Source: a virus
DNA: 64,000 nt
IMG/VR virus record: IMGVR_UViG_3300037504_000888
Span: 1 to 64,000 of that record
Reading direction: 5' to 3' (one strand)
Part shown: positions 42,909 to 53,041 of the stretch, piece by piece
Layout of the letters: each line of letters starts with the position of its first letter
Numbering within the stretch: the first letter of the stretch is position 1
The notes under the pieces: generated by a model
What the model saw: only the letters and a program-made list of their open reading frames with translations
What the model was told of the DNA's origin: nothing
Databases searched by the model: none
Made by a program: the position numbers and the translations under genes

Positions 42909-45785
42909 ATGTCCGAGTGGGACTCCTTTTTCAAACACGCTCGCGTCAAGACGAAGCTGAAGTCCCATCAGGAGCGCGTCGTCGAGCGTATGAAGAGCGA
43001 AGACCAGCCGGGGTTGGTCGTCGCTCATGGGCTTGGTAGCGGCAAGACGCTCACGTCCATTGCTACGCAGGACGCCCTGGGCTTGCCCGCTACGGTGGCC
43101 GTCCCAGCGGCGCTGCAAGCGAACTACCGCAAGGAGATGGACAAGCACCTCGAAGGCACCAGCCCTGAGGCGTCCTTGACTACCTTGCAGCGCATCAGCC
43201 GCGCCGGCGACATCGGCCACGCCAACCCCATGTTGGTGGTCGACGAAGCCCACAAGGCCCGTGAGATCAACACGAAGACGTACAAGGCGTTGAAGAAGGG
43301 TATTGAGAATACCGACAAGCGGCTGCTACTCACCGCCAGCCCCTTCTACAACCGGCCGAACGACATCGCCCCACTCGTAAACCTGGCCGCCGGCGAGACC
43401 GTCCTCGAGGCGCACCCGACGGACTTCAAGAAGAAGTACGTCAAGGAGCGCGTCATCAAGCCAGGGCTCATCGGCAAGTACGTCAAGGGCGCGCAGCCCG
43501 GTGTTGTCGAGGAGCTGAATCCCAAACAGAAGGCGTTCCTCGAGGGCACCTTCCGTAAGTGGGTCGACTACCACCCGAACTCGACTGAGGGCTTCCCCGA
43601 GGTGAAGCGGCAGCAGGTCGAGGTGCCGATGACGCAGCGCCAGCTTCAGGCGTACGACGCCATGATGGGTACGGCGCCGCCCTGGCTGGCACACAAGGTG
43701 AAGAAGGGCCTGCCACCCAGCAAGCAGGAGTCGAAGGAGCTCAACGCATTCATGAGTGCGGTGCGGCAGATCTCGAACACCACCCGTGGCTTCTCTCCTG
43801 AGGAGAAGCCGCAGGAGCCGAAGATCGAGACCGCCTTCAACCGCATGCAGGACACGCTGAAGAAGGACGAGGATGCCAAGGGGGTCGTCTACTCGAACTT
43901 CCTCGAGTCGGGGCTCAAGCCCTACAAGGAACGGCTGCAGAAAGCCAACATTCCGTTCGGTGAGTTTACCGGCGATATGAAGAAGAAAGAGCGTGACCAG
44001 CTCGTTCGGGACTACAACGAGGGTAAGAAGAAGGTCCTGCTCCTCAGTTCCGCCGGTGGTGAGGGGCTTGACCTAAAAGGCACACGGCTCATGCAGGTCA
44101 TGGAGCCGCACTGGAATGCGGAGAAGCTCAAGCAGGTGGAAGGCCGCGGGATTCGCTTCAAGAGCCATGACCACCTGCCTCCGGAGAAGCGCAACGTCAC
44201 AGTGGAGAACTACCTGGCGACGCGGCCTCCACGGAAGGGGCTCTCGAAGCTGGTGCTAGGCAAGGATAGCGGCGGCAGTTCCGACCAGTACCTACGGCAA
44301 ATGAGCGAGGACAAAGAGAAGCTCATCAAGCAGTTCAGGAGCCTCATGGAAGACGACCAGGAGAAGACCTCTGCGGCGACCAAGTTGGTGAGCCCAGACC
44401 TCTTGGCGCTGCCACATAAATACGACCTGACACCAGGAAGTAGCTCCGCGAAGAAGGTAGATCACATTGCTGAGGAGTTTGGAGAGTCCGGCTACGACAT
44501 GGAACGACCACCGCTGGTGGGGTACGAGGTGGCGCCCGATGACATCCAGCTACTTGATGGAGGGCACCGCGCTCAAGCAGCTCAACGGGCGGGCATTGAC
44601 GTGCCCGTGCTGGTGAAGTCTCGAGACGCTATGCTAGCGGCACGTGACACCCCCGAGTGGGAGGCGTTTGGGCACACCGACACCCCAGCCAAGGATCTGT
44701 TGAGCGATGGGAAGACAACTATGAACGCAGCCGACATCGTCAAGGAAGCCAAGACCCTCGGCGGCTTCTACAAGGGCAAACCGAGTTCTCCCGACACGGT
44801 GAAGAAGACCGTGGAGTTTCAGGGCCTGAAGATCAAGGTGGATCGCCCCAAGGGGTTCATCATGTTCGGTGAGGACTCCAAGGGAGAGGAGTGGAAACGC
44901 AAGTACAAGGTCGACTACGGCTTCATTCCCAAGACCGTGGGCGGCGACGGTGATGGACTCGACGTCTTCATTGGACCGAACAAGAAGAGCAAGAAGGCGT
45001 TCTGGGCCGTACAACGGAAAGACGATGGCACCTTTGACGAGTACAAGGTCTTCGTCGGCTTCGACAACCGCGACGAGGCGGTGGCTTGCTATCGGGCGCA
45101 CATCCCGAAGAAGTACTTCGGGAGGATGATCACTATGACGGTGGAGATGATGAAGGCAATGCTGGGGACCAACCCTGACGAGGTCGTTGAGGGTGTAAAG
45201 ACAGCGGAGTGGGCTGGCTTTTTCGACGAGGTAAACAAGCTAGCCGCGCTGGTTCTCCCAAACAAGGCTCGGGGCTTCATGGGGCGTGCTGACGAGCTTT
45301 TGCAAGGGGGACGGGTGGGCAAGTTGAAGGACGTAGCAGAAGAGGCCGTGCGTACCGCCAGGCTGGTTGACCCCTCTACACAGGGAGGGGAGGCTGAGAT
45401 CATGCGACGGGCGTTCGAAAACGTCGCCAACAAGGCCAAGAAGGAGAGCAGGTCTGAGGCACGCAAGGTGCTTGGTGCCCGCGCGGGCCTAACTACCGCC
45501 GTTGCGGGCACCGGTGTGGGTGCAGGTGTCGGCGGTGGGATGCTTCTCAAGAAGAAGCTGCAACCTGGGGAGAAGACGGTGGAGGCTGCTTCCAAGTTGG
45601 CCGACTCCAGCGTCTTCATGGACGACCCTCGCATGGCGCAGCAGATGGCTATGATGCGTCGGCAGCAAGGCCACCCCGGCATGCCCCCGCCCATCACCAA
45701 CCTCAAGCACCCTGGTAACAAGCACCTGAAGCTGGCGTTGCTCGAAGCCGCTATTCAGGGCACGGCGGGAGTCGGGAGTGTCTGA
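42909..45785 (+). CDS. Polyvalent protein: SNF2-like helicase plus ParB/Srx-like plus inorganic pyrophosphatase-like domains
   Basis: HGLGSGKT, DEAH, TASP, EGLDL, QVEGRGIR; LLDGGHRAQA; YGFIPKT..DGDGLDVF..DEYKV. Confidence 0.88.
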   Translation: MSEWDSFFKHARVKTKLKSHQERVVERMKSEDQPGLVVAHGLGSGKTLTSIATQDALGLPATVAVPAALQANYRKEMDKHLEGTSPEASLTTLQRISRAGDIGHANPMLVVDEAHKAREINTKTYKALKKGIENTDKRLLLTASPFYNRPNDIAPLVNLAAGETVLEAHPTDFKKKYVKERVIKPGLIGKYVKGAQPGVVEELNPKQKAFLEGTFRKWVDYHPNSTEGFPEVKRQQVEVPMTQRQLQAYDAMMGTAPPWLAHKVKKGLPPSKQESKELNAFMSAVRQISNTTRGFSPEEKPQEPKIETAFNRMQDTLKKDEDAKGVVYSNFLESGLKPYKERLQKANIPFGEFTGDMKKKERDQLVRDYNEGKKKVLLLSSAGGEGLDLKGTRLMQVMEPHWNAEKLKQVEGRGIRFKSHDHLPPEKRNVTVENYLATRPPRKGLSKLVLGKDSGGSSDQYLRQMSEDKEKLIKQFRSLMEDDQEKTSAATKLVSPDLLALPHKYDLTPGSSSAKKVDHIAEEFGESGYDMERPPLVGYEVAPDDIQLLDGGHRAQAAQRAGIDVPVLVKSRDAMLAARDTPEWEAFGHTDTPAKDLLSDGKTTMNAADIVKEAKTLGGFYKGKPSSPDTVKKTVEFQGLKIKVDRPKGFIMFGEDSKGEEWKRKYKVDYGFIPKTVGGDGDGLDVFIGPNKKSKKAFWAVQRKDDGTFDEYKVFVGFDNRDEAVACYRAHIPKKYFGRMITMTVEMMKAMLGTNPDEVVEGVKTAEWAGFFDEVNKLAALVLPNKARGFMGRADELLQGGRVGKLKDVAEEAVRTARLVDPSTQGGEAEIMRRAFENVANKAKKESRSEARKVLGARAGLTTAVAGTGVGAGVGGGMLLKKKLQPGEKTVEAASKLADSSVFMDDPRMAQQMAMMRRQQGHPGMPPPITNLKHPGNKHLKLALLEAAIQGTAGVGSV

Positions 45786-46318
45786 TGAACCTGAAAGCCC
45801 TCATCGCCGTCCTTCTCATCCCCGCCACGACCTATGCCGGCGGGGATGACGTCGTCAAGCGCCCGGAGATTCCGGTGCCGCAACTCACACTGAAGTACGC
45901 CCCTGAGCCACTCATTCCAGTGCCCGACGGGGACGACAAGATCGAATTCGTGCGCCAGGGTGATGAGGTCCCGTTCAGCGGCCAGCTCTTCGACCCGGCT
46001 ACGGCGCTGCGCTGGGCTCACTACCTGCAGCAGGCCAAGCTCCGGCTCAAGGAAGACGTGGTATACGAGCGTCGCGTCTGCAACGCCCACCTCGACTACC
46101 TGGGCAGTCGGCTCGAGCTCGAGGTGGCCTACAGCGAGGCCGTGGAGAAGGACCTCCGCGCCCGCGTGTTGGATCTTGAGCAGCGAAACTCCGACATGCA
46201 GGAGGAGCTCCGTAGCCCACCCTGGCACAAGTCCAGAGCATTCGGCATAGCTATCGGAGTAGTGGGAACGTCGCTCGTCGCAGGCCTTAGTGCCTGGGCG
46301 GTCATCGAGTCTAGGTAA
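45785..46318 (+). CDS. Exported protein with coiled coil and C-terminal TM
   Basis: Signal peptide; PWHKSRAFG followed by a hydrophobic tail. Confidence 0.65.
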   Translation: MNLKALIAVLLIPATTYAGGDDVVKRPEIPVPQLTLKYAPEPLIPVPDGDDKIEFVRQGDEVPFSGQLFDPATALRWAHYLQQAKLRLKEDVVYERRVCNAHLDYLGSRLELEVAYSEAVEKDLRARVLDLEQRNSDMQEELRSPPWHKSRAFGIAIGVVGTSLVAGLSAWAVIESR

Positions 46319-46327
46319 GAGGTAACA

Positions 46328-49285
46328 GTGGCAATCAAGATCAAAGTAGATCAATCTGGAAAGCCAGTTGGTGTAGCGGGGCAAGCGCGCGAGGACCTCG
46401 ATCTGGCTGCCGCTGTTACGCTTACAGCGGTCGACGGAGTAGCGGTTACGCAATACCAGTGGGAGGTTGTTTACGCTCCCCCAAACGAAGCGCTTACCGC
46501 CCCAAGTGGGTCGACGCTATCTGCCCCAACCGCCTCGAGTACGACGATCACGCCCGACAACAGGGGAACCTACTTGATTGATCTACAGGTCAATCAAGGC
46601 TTCGGACTTGGTGCTCGCGAGGATGACCGCGCGCGGATCACCTTCTACGCTGGCCCAGCTCTCAACTCGGACCCGACGAAGCTCCCTAGGCGGCGACTTG
46701 CCGCTTTTGAAACGCGGGAACACAACGTTCCCGACGCGGTGGAGCCCGGAGGGAACGAAAACGGCTGGGCGCGCGAGTGGGAGAGATGGTTTCGTGCAGT
46801 CGAAGCGGCTTTGACAGCGCAAACCCCAACGCTGGCTAATTCCGTTCTGGCGTCGATCGATGGGGTGACCACTCTTTGGTCGAAGATCACGAATGCCATG
46901 GTCGATTCCGCCGCTGGGATCGAGTGGACGAAGTTTCTCGGGGTTGGAACCGAGATCTACGAGCCGTCAGGGTGGCCGCAGGCTGGCGAAGCGAATGACG
47001 CAAACGTAACCCTCAACTACGTGGAAGGGACGCGCACTCTCACACTGACCCACGCTTCGGACTACTCGTTCTGGGCAGCAGGACAGCGCTTCACGAAGAC
47101 GGCGAACGAGAGCATCGTCTGGCCCGACTTCAGCGGAACGCACTTCTTCTACTTCGACAACACGGGCGCGTTGCAAACCACGCAGAGTACGGACACGTGG
47201 ATCAACGAAGCGATCGGTGGTGATGGTTGTCCGGTCGCAGCGCTGTACTGGAACGCGACCGAGGGCGAGGTCTTGTGGATGCTCGACGAGCGCCACGGGA
47301 TGATGCCTGGCGAGACGCACAAGTGGGCGCATGAGGCAATCAGTGCACAATGGATCGAGGGTGGCGCGCTCAGTGGGTTCACGTTTGGAGACGGCTCTCT
47401 AGACGCACACGCTCAGTTCGACGTCGAGAACGTCATCATCCGCGATGAGGACATTCGCGTCAGTGTTGTCGCAGGTGACCCCCGCACGCAGACAATGAGC
47501 CCCGCCACGATGCGTGGTTACTTCAAGCTCGGCAGCGAGTGGAACTACAAGGACCCGGATGGCTTCGCTTGCTTGCAGGGAGGCGCGAGCTACCAAGGAG
47601 GGACTGTTCCGGCGGGTCGCCTGCGGTACAACGAGATCACGGGCGGTGTCGGGACGATTCCAGAAGTGCCGAACAACAACGCAGTTCTCGCTCACATCGG
47701 GGTGACGACAGAAGGCTCTGGCTATTCCGCTGACGGAAGCTCTACCAACTGGCGCCTCTTCTACGTGGTGGGACAGGGTGCTTACGGCACCGTTGGCGAC
47801 GCGAAGAATGCCGCCCTTCTCGAGCTGAACCAATTGCAGCTGGACGGCTTCCCGCTGGAAGAAGTCGTGTGGCTCGGAACGGTAGCGTTTCAAACGCGGA
47901 ACACAGACGCCAATGCGGTGTCGGCACACCTGGAGCAGCCGGATGATGCGCTAGGGAATCCGGTGGACTACATCGACCAGCGCAACCCGAGCGGGCTTGC
48001 AGGTGGAGGAGGAGGCAGTGGCGGTGTCACCGACCACGGACTGCTCACGGGGCTATCAGATACCGCCGACCACACCTGGGCTCTGCTTGTCGATGGCACT
48101 CGACAGGCAACGTATCTCGACGCGCTGAACTACCTGACCATCGGTACGAATGCCGCTGCGAGCGGCGTAGTTCGAGTCGCGAATGCTGCGTACCACAAGG
48201 CACGCAACGCGGCGAACAGCGCTGACCTGAGTCTGCTGGGGCTCAACTCATCCGACGAACTAGAGCTTGGCGAATCTGGAGTCTCCAACATTACAGCTAC
48301 CGCATCGACGGCGTTTCAGGCGTCTGTCGGTGGCGTCACCAGAATGATCGTTCAGGGCTCATTCACGTCGTTCTACAGCAGTCTCTTGCTAGCTGGCGAC
48401 TACGTGAGCATCGGAGTGAATGCGGCAACGACCGGAGCGCTCCGCCTGGTGAGCCAGGGGTATATCAAGGCACGAAACGCTGCGAACAGCACCGACCTTA
48501 CGCTCATTGGTCTGAACATCACCGACAGCATCGACATCGGCAGCACTAGCGTTTCGAACATCACCAACTACTCATCCTCGTCGTGGCAAGCATTCGTAGG
48601 CGGAGGCACACGAGCGAACATTGGATCGTCCGAAGCCACGTTCTACACGAACGTCAAGCTCGGAAGCACCTACATCTCAGTTGGACCTGCGGCAGCAGCG
48701 AGTGGACCTGTTCGCATAGAGCAAGCGAGCTACCTTACCTCACGGAACGCTGGGAACACGGCAGACATCGAGCTGATCGGCGTTGCAGCGTCCGATGTCG
48801 TTACCCTTGGCACTTCAACCGCTGGAGGCTTCAAGGCGTTCGTGGGGGCAGGCGGTAGCTCGGCGGTGTTCGACATCGGCGGTGCATCAATCCTCACGCT
48901 CACCGAGACCACGGCCGAGTTCGCGTTCAGTGGCGGCAACATCAACCTCGGTGTGGGCTTCATTTCCGTTGGTCCGTCGCCCGCGCAAAGCGGAGGGTTG
49001 CGACTACCCAATGCGGTATGGGTCAAAGCTCGCAACGCTGCGAACAGCGCCGACCTCACAATCATCCGCCTCAATTCGAGCGATCAAGTTGAAGTCGGGC
49101 CAACGGGAGACGCAGCACTGGAGACCATGAGCGATCGAGTGCACATCTACAAGTTTCTCCAGCTCTCATCCGTCACCCCACCGTCAGGCACGCCGAGCGG
49201 TAGTGATTGGTGGTTCTATGCAGCGTCGGACGGCTTGCACGCGGTGAGCCCTAGTGGAACGGACACAATCATCGCGTCCATCTGA
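46328..49285 (+). CDS. Tail fibre-like protein with four internal repeats
   Basis: N-terminal PKD-like domain; DHGLLTGLSD..H motif; four ARNAANxxD-type repeats. Confidence 0.75.
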   Translation: MAIKIKVDQSGKPVGVAGQAREDLDLAAAVTLTAVDGVAVTQYQWEVVYAPPNEALTAPSGSTLSAPTASSTTITPDNRGTYLIDLQVNQGFGLGAREDDRARITFYAGPALNSDPTKLPRRRLAAFETREHNVPDAVEPGGNENGWAREWERWFRAVEAALTAQTPTLANSVLASIDGVTTLWSKITNAMVDSAAGIEWTKFLGVGTEIYEPSGWPQAGEANDANVTLNYVEGTRTLTLTHASDYSFWAAGQRFTKTANESIVWPDFSGTHFFYFDNTGALQTTQSTDTWINEAIGGDGCPVAALYWNATEGEVLWMLDERHGMMPGETHKWAHEAISAQWIEGGALSGFTFGDGSLDAHAQFDVENVIIRDEDIRVSVVAGDPRTQTMSPATMRGYFKLGSEWNYKDPDGFACLQGGASYQGGTVPAGRLRYNEITGGVGTIPEVPNNNAVLAHIGVTTEGSGYSADGSSTNWRLFYVVGQGAYGTVGDAKNAALLELNQLQLDGFPLEEVVWLGTVAFQTRNTDANAVSAHLEQPDDALGNPVDYIDQRNPSGLAGGGGGSGGVTDHGLLTGLSDTADHTWALLVDGTRQATYLDALNYLTIGTNAAASGVVRVANAAYHKARNAANSADLSLLGLNSSDELELGESGVSNITATASTAFQASVGGVTRMIVQGSFTSFYSSLLLAGDYVSIGVNAATTGALRLVSQGYIKARNAANSTDLTLIGLNITDSIDIGSTSVSNITNYSSSSWQAFVGGGTRANIGSSEATFYTNVKLGSTYISVGPAAAASGPVRIEQASYLTSRNAGNTADIELIGVAASDVVTLGTSTAGGFKAFVGAGGSSAVFDIGGASILTLTETTAEFAFSGGNINLGVGFISVGPSPAQSGGLRLPNAVWVKARNAANSADLTIIRLNSSDQVEVGPTGDAALETMSDRVHIYKFLQLSSVTPPSGTPSGSDWWFYAASDGLHAVSPSGTDTIIASI
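48131..49099 (+). repeat. Four degenerate repeats of about 90 aa
   Basis: YxxxGxxxAxSGxxRxxxxxxxKARNAANSADL..lgln.sD...G units. Confidence 0.85.
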
Positions 49286-49297
49286 GCGAGGCTGATC

Positions 49298-52200
49298 ATG
49301 ATAGGCGTAGTGATCCATACACTGGTCAAGGTCTTCGCTGGGACCGTATTCGCCGCGGCTGTACCTCCCGACACCGTGACGATCACGAGTACACCTACGA
49401 CTTTATTTGAACAACAGGAGAATACCGGCGACGCAATCGAGGGAACTACTACAGCCGCCGACGGCAGTACTGCCACTGCTACTATCAACGGTCAAACATT
49501 CGGCACTGATACTGTTTCCGGCGGAGCATTTTCGATCACTGGATTCCCTACGGCTGCGATGATTGGCACCGGCGTAACGGTAGAGGTCACTGTCGGTACT
49601 GGGTCCGCCACGAGCACGACGAACGTTCTAGCAGGGACTGCATACTGGGACGCGAAGCGCGGTATCACCTTTACACAGTCCGAGGTAGATGCCGATCTAA
49701 CTGCTTGGACTCAGGATGGGGCAACAACGTATGATAATGGCGACGGCACCTACACCATCGAGGCGGTCAGTGGCAATCTGAGAATATACGATCTGGTCAC
49801 CAACCCGTTGGCAGGTGCAAGATATAGCGACGTATTGTTCAAGGCCAAGTTGGGCACTGGTACTCCTACCTTGGAGGTACGTCCCGCCGCAGACTATACT
49901 GATACCGCTACCTATGACTTGTCTGCAGGCACCATCGCTACCGCCGGTGATGTCTACGGATCATACTACACCTACATAACGGGGCCTGATGCAGATGGGT
50001 TCTACACTTGCCGAGTCGGCGCGTACATGGCTTCGTCGGGGGGTCCAGCCGTGGTATTCAAGCTAACTGGCACGGTCAACCCTGGAGACTCTGTCATCAT
50101 AAAGGATTTGAATCCAGTGGTGCATCGCCGTGTGGCGTCGTGGTCTGATCAGATTCAAGATCTGGTAGCATCTGCGCCGACCGATGACGCTAAACCAACC
50201 TTCACTGACGTTCCGGTAGGAGCGCTTGCCGATCGTTTATGGTACGACCGCAGCACCTCCAAGGCTTTGCGCACCGGGGACGTTACCCTGACGTCTGAAA
50301 CTCATTATGTGATCATCGTAGCAGCGTATTTCGATACGGGAAATGTGCGTAAGCTACTGGAGACGCAAAGCGGTCGATACGTGAACATAAGAACTGGAAA
50401 TCCTGGTGATGTAGAGATAAACGGTACCGGTACAGGAGACATATTCTCAGGGCAACATTTGGTAACTTGGATTATCGACGGGACCTCCGGGCGCACCAGG
50501 GTAGATGGATCTGATGTGGAATCTGGGATCAGTGTATCCGCTACTGATCTAACTGGAGTCATAGCGCTAGGTAACTCCTGGGGCGGTGATAACGCTAGAT
50601 GGTTTGCAAACTATTACGGCATCTACATAGCTGCTGGTTCGAGTGTGCCTCTGACCGACGCCGAAATCGAAGCTTTAGAAAAGCAGATTAGCGGCTACCA
50701 CGGGCTAGGGGTAGTTTTCGACACCGTGACGATCGATACGATCACGCAGTCGTCCACCACGAACAGTCTCTACACGAACACACCATGCCGTGTTGCTGGC
50801 ACTTCGACCGCAAGCGATGGCACTACTGTCACGGTAACAGTAGACGGTGAAGCCGCTGGAACGGGTACCGTAAGCAGCGGTGCATGGCACGTAGACTTCA
50901 TCGTGACGGCCGCTATGGTTCCGGCGGCTGGTTCCGGCAACCCGGCTACGGTAGAGGCGAGCATCACGGGCGCGTCTGATACGTCTTCTGTCAACGTCAC
51001 GACAGAAACCGCTAGCTTGCTCGGATGGTGGGACCCGTCAGATTCATCGACGCTCAGTTTCGACGGCTCGGGGAACGTCAACGGCATCACCGACAAGTAC
51101 AACTCCTTTGACCTGGCTTGGGACGCTGGCGCCTGGGTGAGTACCGGTGTGCCGACTGGCATCGTCAACGGGCTCACGGTGTTGGACTGGGAGGGACATT
51201 CAGATGCTAGAAGGCTACGGAACACGAGCGCATCGTTGGTATGCGAGCATATTGCGACAGCCTGTAGGTATGACGCTACCTTGCCTTTCAATTCCTATAG
51301 AGGGTTAATCACAGCCGACAGTGGGAGTAACTCCGGACTGTTCCTTTTGGGGTTCCAAAACCGGGCTCACCTATACAATACACAAGGCCATGATCACTAT
51401 GTCGATGGCGTCGTTAGGAATGATGATCGAATCGACAATTCTTGGCATCTGATAGAGTCGGAGAGAGTAAACACCGCGGCCGGTATCATTTTCGGAAACG
51501 ATCGCGATCAAGCATCACGAGGGTGGAGCGGCCCACAGGGTGAGACACTCGCATGGGACTCGGCACTCTCGTCTGGCGCAAGAGAGGCGCTACATCACTA
51601 CTACGGTGTCAAGTGGGCCACGCCTTACGATCTGGTAGTCGAAAACGTTACACAGGACGTACTAGACGGCACGGTATTCACAAACGGACGATGTCGCATC
51701 AATGGTACCTCGACGGAAGCGGACGGCACTACCGTAACGGTAACGGTAGATGGGGAGACTGCTGGCACGGGTACCGTAAGCAGTGGTGAGTGGTACGTAG
51801 ACTTCCTCGTAACTAGCGCCATGGTTCCGGCTGGAGGTAGCGGCACTAGCTCCAGCATTGTGGTTTCGACCGCTACGCATAGCACCGATGCTAGTATCAA
51901 CGTCACGAGTGAGGCGGTGAACGTGCTCGGGTGGTACGATCCAAGCGAGTCGGCTTACGTGTCGCTTGACGGTTCGGGGAACATCGACGGCCTGACTGAT
52001 AGATCGAGCGCGGGGAACGATCTCACGTGGAACTCTGGCAGCGGCGCGTCTACTGGCGTGCCGACGACTACGGTCAACGGGTTGACTGCATGTGATTGGG
52101 GTAATGCCGATGATAAGCGTTGGTTGGAAAACACGGGGTCGCAGGTGATTCAGTACGTGTCTGCTGTATCTAGGTATGACGGAGTAATACCGTTCGATCA

Positions 52201-52540
52201 ATACGCTGGGCCGGCTGGAGCTAACACAACCAGCAGTCCACAAGGTGCGTTCTTTTCCTCCGCTAGTGTTGGCGCTAGTGCGTGGTACGATGCAGCTGCT
52301 GGCCTTAACCATTTCCGCGACGGTGTTGACACAGGATCGGTGGATACATCCTTACATTTTTACGAAGCTATTAGCTCCGCAAACACTAGTACCGGGCTTA
52401 TCGTAGGCAACGATCGCGCAGTCAGTAGTCGCTCATGGAACGGCCCTACGGGTGAGATGCTAGCGCTCGATGCAGTGCCATCGTCAAACTACCAAGAGGC
52501 CGAGCTCGACTACATCCAAACCAAGTGGGGTACGCCGTAA
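49298..52540 (+). CDS. Ig-like plus LamG/concanavalin-like repeat virion protein
   Basis: Three GTxTxxDGxTxTxTxxG Ig-like units; duplicated LGWxDPS...GPxGExLA...KWxTP domains. Confidence 0.75.
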   Translation: MIGVVIHTLVKVFAGTVFAAAVPPDTVTITSTPTTLFEQQENTGDAIEGTTTAADGSTATATINGQTFGTDTVSGGAFSITGFPTAAMIGTGVTVEVTVGTGSATSTTNVLAGTAYWDAKRGITFTQSEVDADLTAWTQDGATTYDNGDGTYTIEAVSGNLRIYDLVTNPLAGARYSDVLFKAKLGTGTPTLEVRPAADYTDTATYDLSAGTIATAGDVYGSYYTYITGPDADGFYTCRVGAYMASSGGPAVVFKLTGTVNPGDSVIIKDLNPVVHRRVASWSDQIQDLVASAPTDDAKPTFTDVPVGALADRLWYDRSTSKALRTGDVTLTSETHYVIIVAAYFDTGNVRKLLETQSGRYVNIRTGNPGDVEINGTGTGDIFSGQHLVTWIIDGTSGRTRVDGSDVESGISVSATDLTGVIALGNSWGGDNARWFANYYGIYIAAGSSVPLTDAEIEALEKQISGYHGLGVVFDTVTIDTITQSSTTNSLYTNTPCRVAGTSTASDGTTVTVTVDGEAAGTGTVSSGAWHVDFIVTAAMVPAAGSGNPATVEASITGASDTSSVNVTTETASLLGWWDPSDSSTLSFDGSGNVNGITDKYNSFDLAWDAGAWVSTGVPTGIVNGLTVLDWEGHSDARRLRNTSASLVCEHIATACRYDATLPFNSYRGLITADSGSNSGLFLLGFQNRAHLYNTQGHDHYVDGVVRNDDRIDNSWHLIESERVNTAAGIIFGNDRDQASRGWSGPQGETLAWDSALSSGAREALHHYYGVKWATPYDLVVENVTQDVLDGTVFTNGRCRINGTSTEADGTTVTVTVDGETAGTGTVSSGEWYVDFLVTSAMVPAGGSGTSSSIVVSTATHSTDASINVTSEAVNVLGWYDPSESAYVSLDGSGNIDGLTDRSSAGNDLTWNSGSGASTGVPTTTVNGLTACDWGNADDKRWLENTGSQVIQYVSAVSRYDGVIPFDQYAGPAGANTTSSPQGAFFSSASVGASAWYDAAAGLNHFRDGVDTGSVDTSLHFYEAISSANTSTGLIVGNDRAVSSRSWNGPTGEMLALDAVPSSNYQEAELDYIQTKWGTP

Positions 52541-52555
52541 CCTCAGGAGACGACA

Positions 52556-53029
52556 ATGGACATAGCAACACTGAAAAGCAAGGCCGTCGAGAAGTTCGGC
52601 GCCGACGCAACGATCATCTACACACCCGACCTGGCGTCGGATAGTCCTGGTGAGCAGCACGCAAAACTTCCCGGTGTGGAGACCTACACGGCCTTCGTGA
52701 AGGAGCCCCTGGGAGCAACCGGATTTCGCACGTCTACCTACTCGATCCATGTGACTGAGAGAGGCACTGTAGATGAAGAGGCTCGTTTCGAGCGAGTGGA
52801 TATCGATCCTACAGAATCGAACGACGCGAAGTTCATTCGGCTCCTCAACGAGGAGGTGGAATCGCTGCGTTCAGCAGGGACGATTCGGCGCGCGTGGATC
52901 GATCCATCATCGCCTCAATACCTCACCCCGAGCCGGCTCATCCGGGCGGTGCTCGATTCGAACGGGACTGAGATAGCGCGCGAGTACTATCTCGCCGCCG
53001 ATGGAACGCTGCAATTCGATGCAGTGTAA
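52556..53029 (+). CDS. Hypothetical protein
   Basis: AGGAG RBS. Confidence 0.7.
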   Translation: MDIATLKSKAVEKFGADATIIYTPDLASDSPGEQHAKLPGVETYTAFVKEPLGATGFRTSTYSIHVTERGTVDEEARFERVDIDPTESNDAKFIRLLNEEVESLRSAGTIRRAWIDPSSPQYLTPSRLIRAVLDSNGTEIAREYYLAADGTLQFDAV

Positions 53030-53041
53030 GGAGCTTGAACC

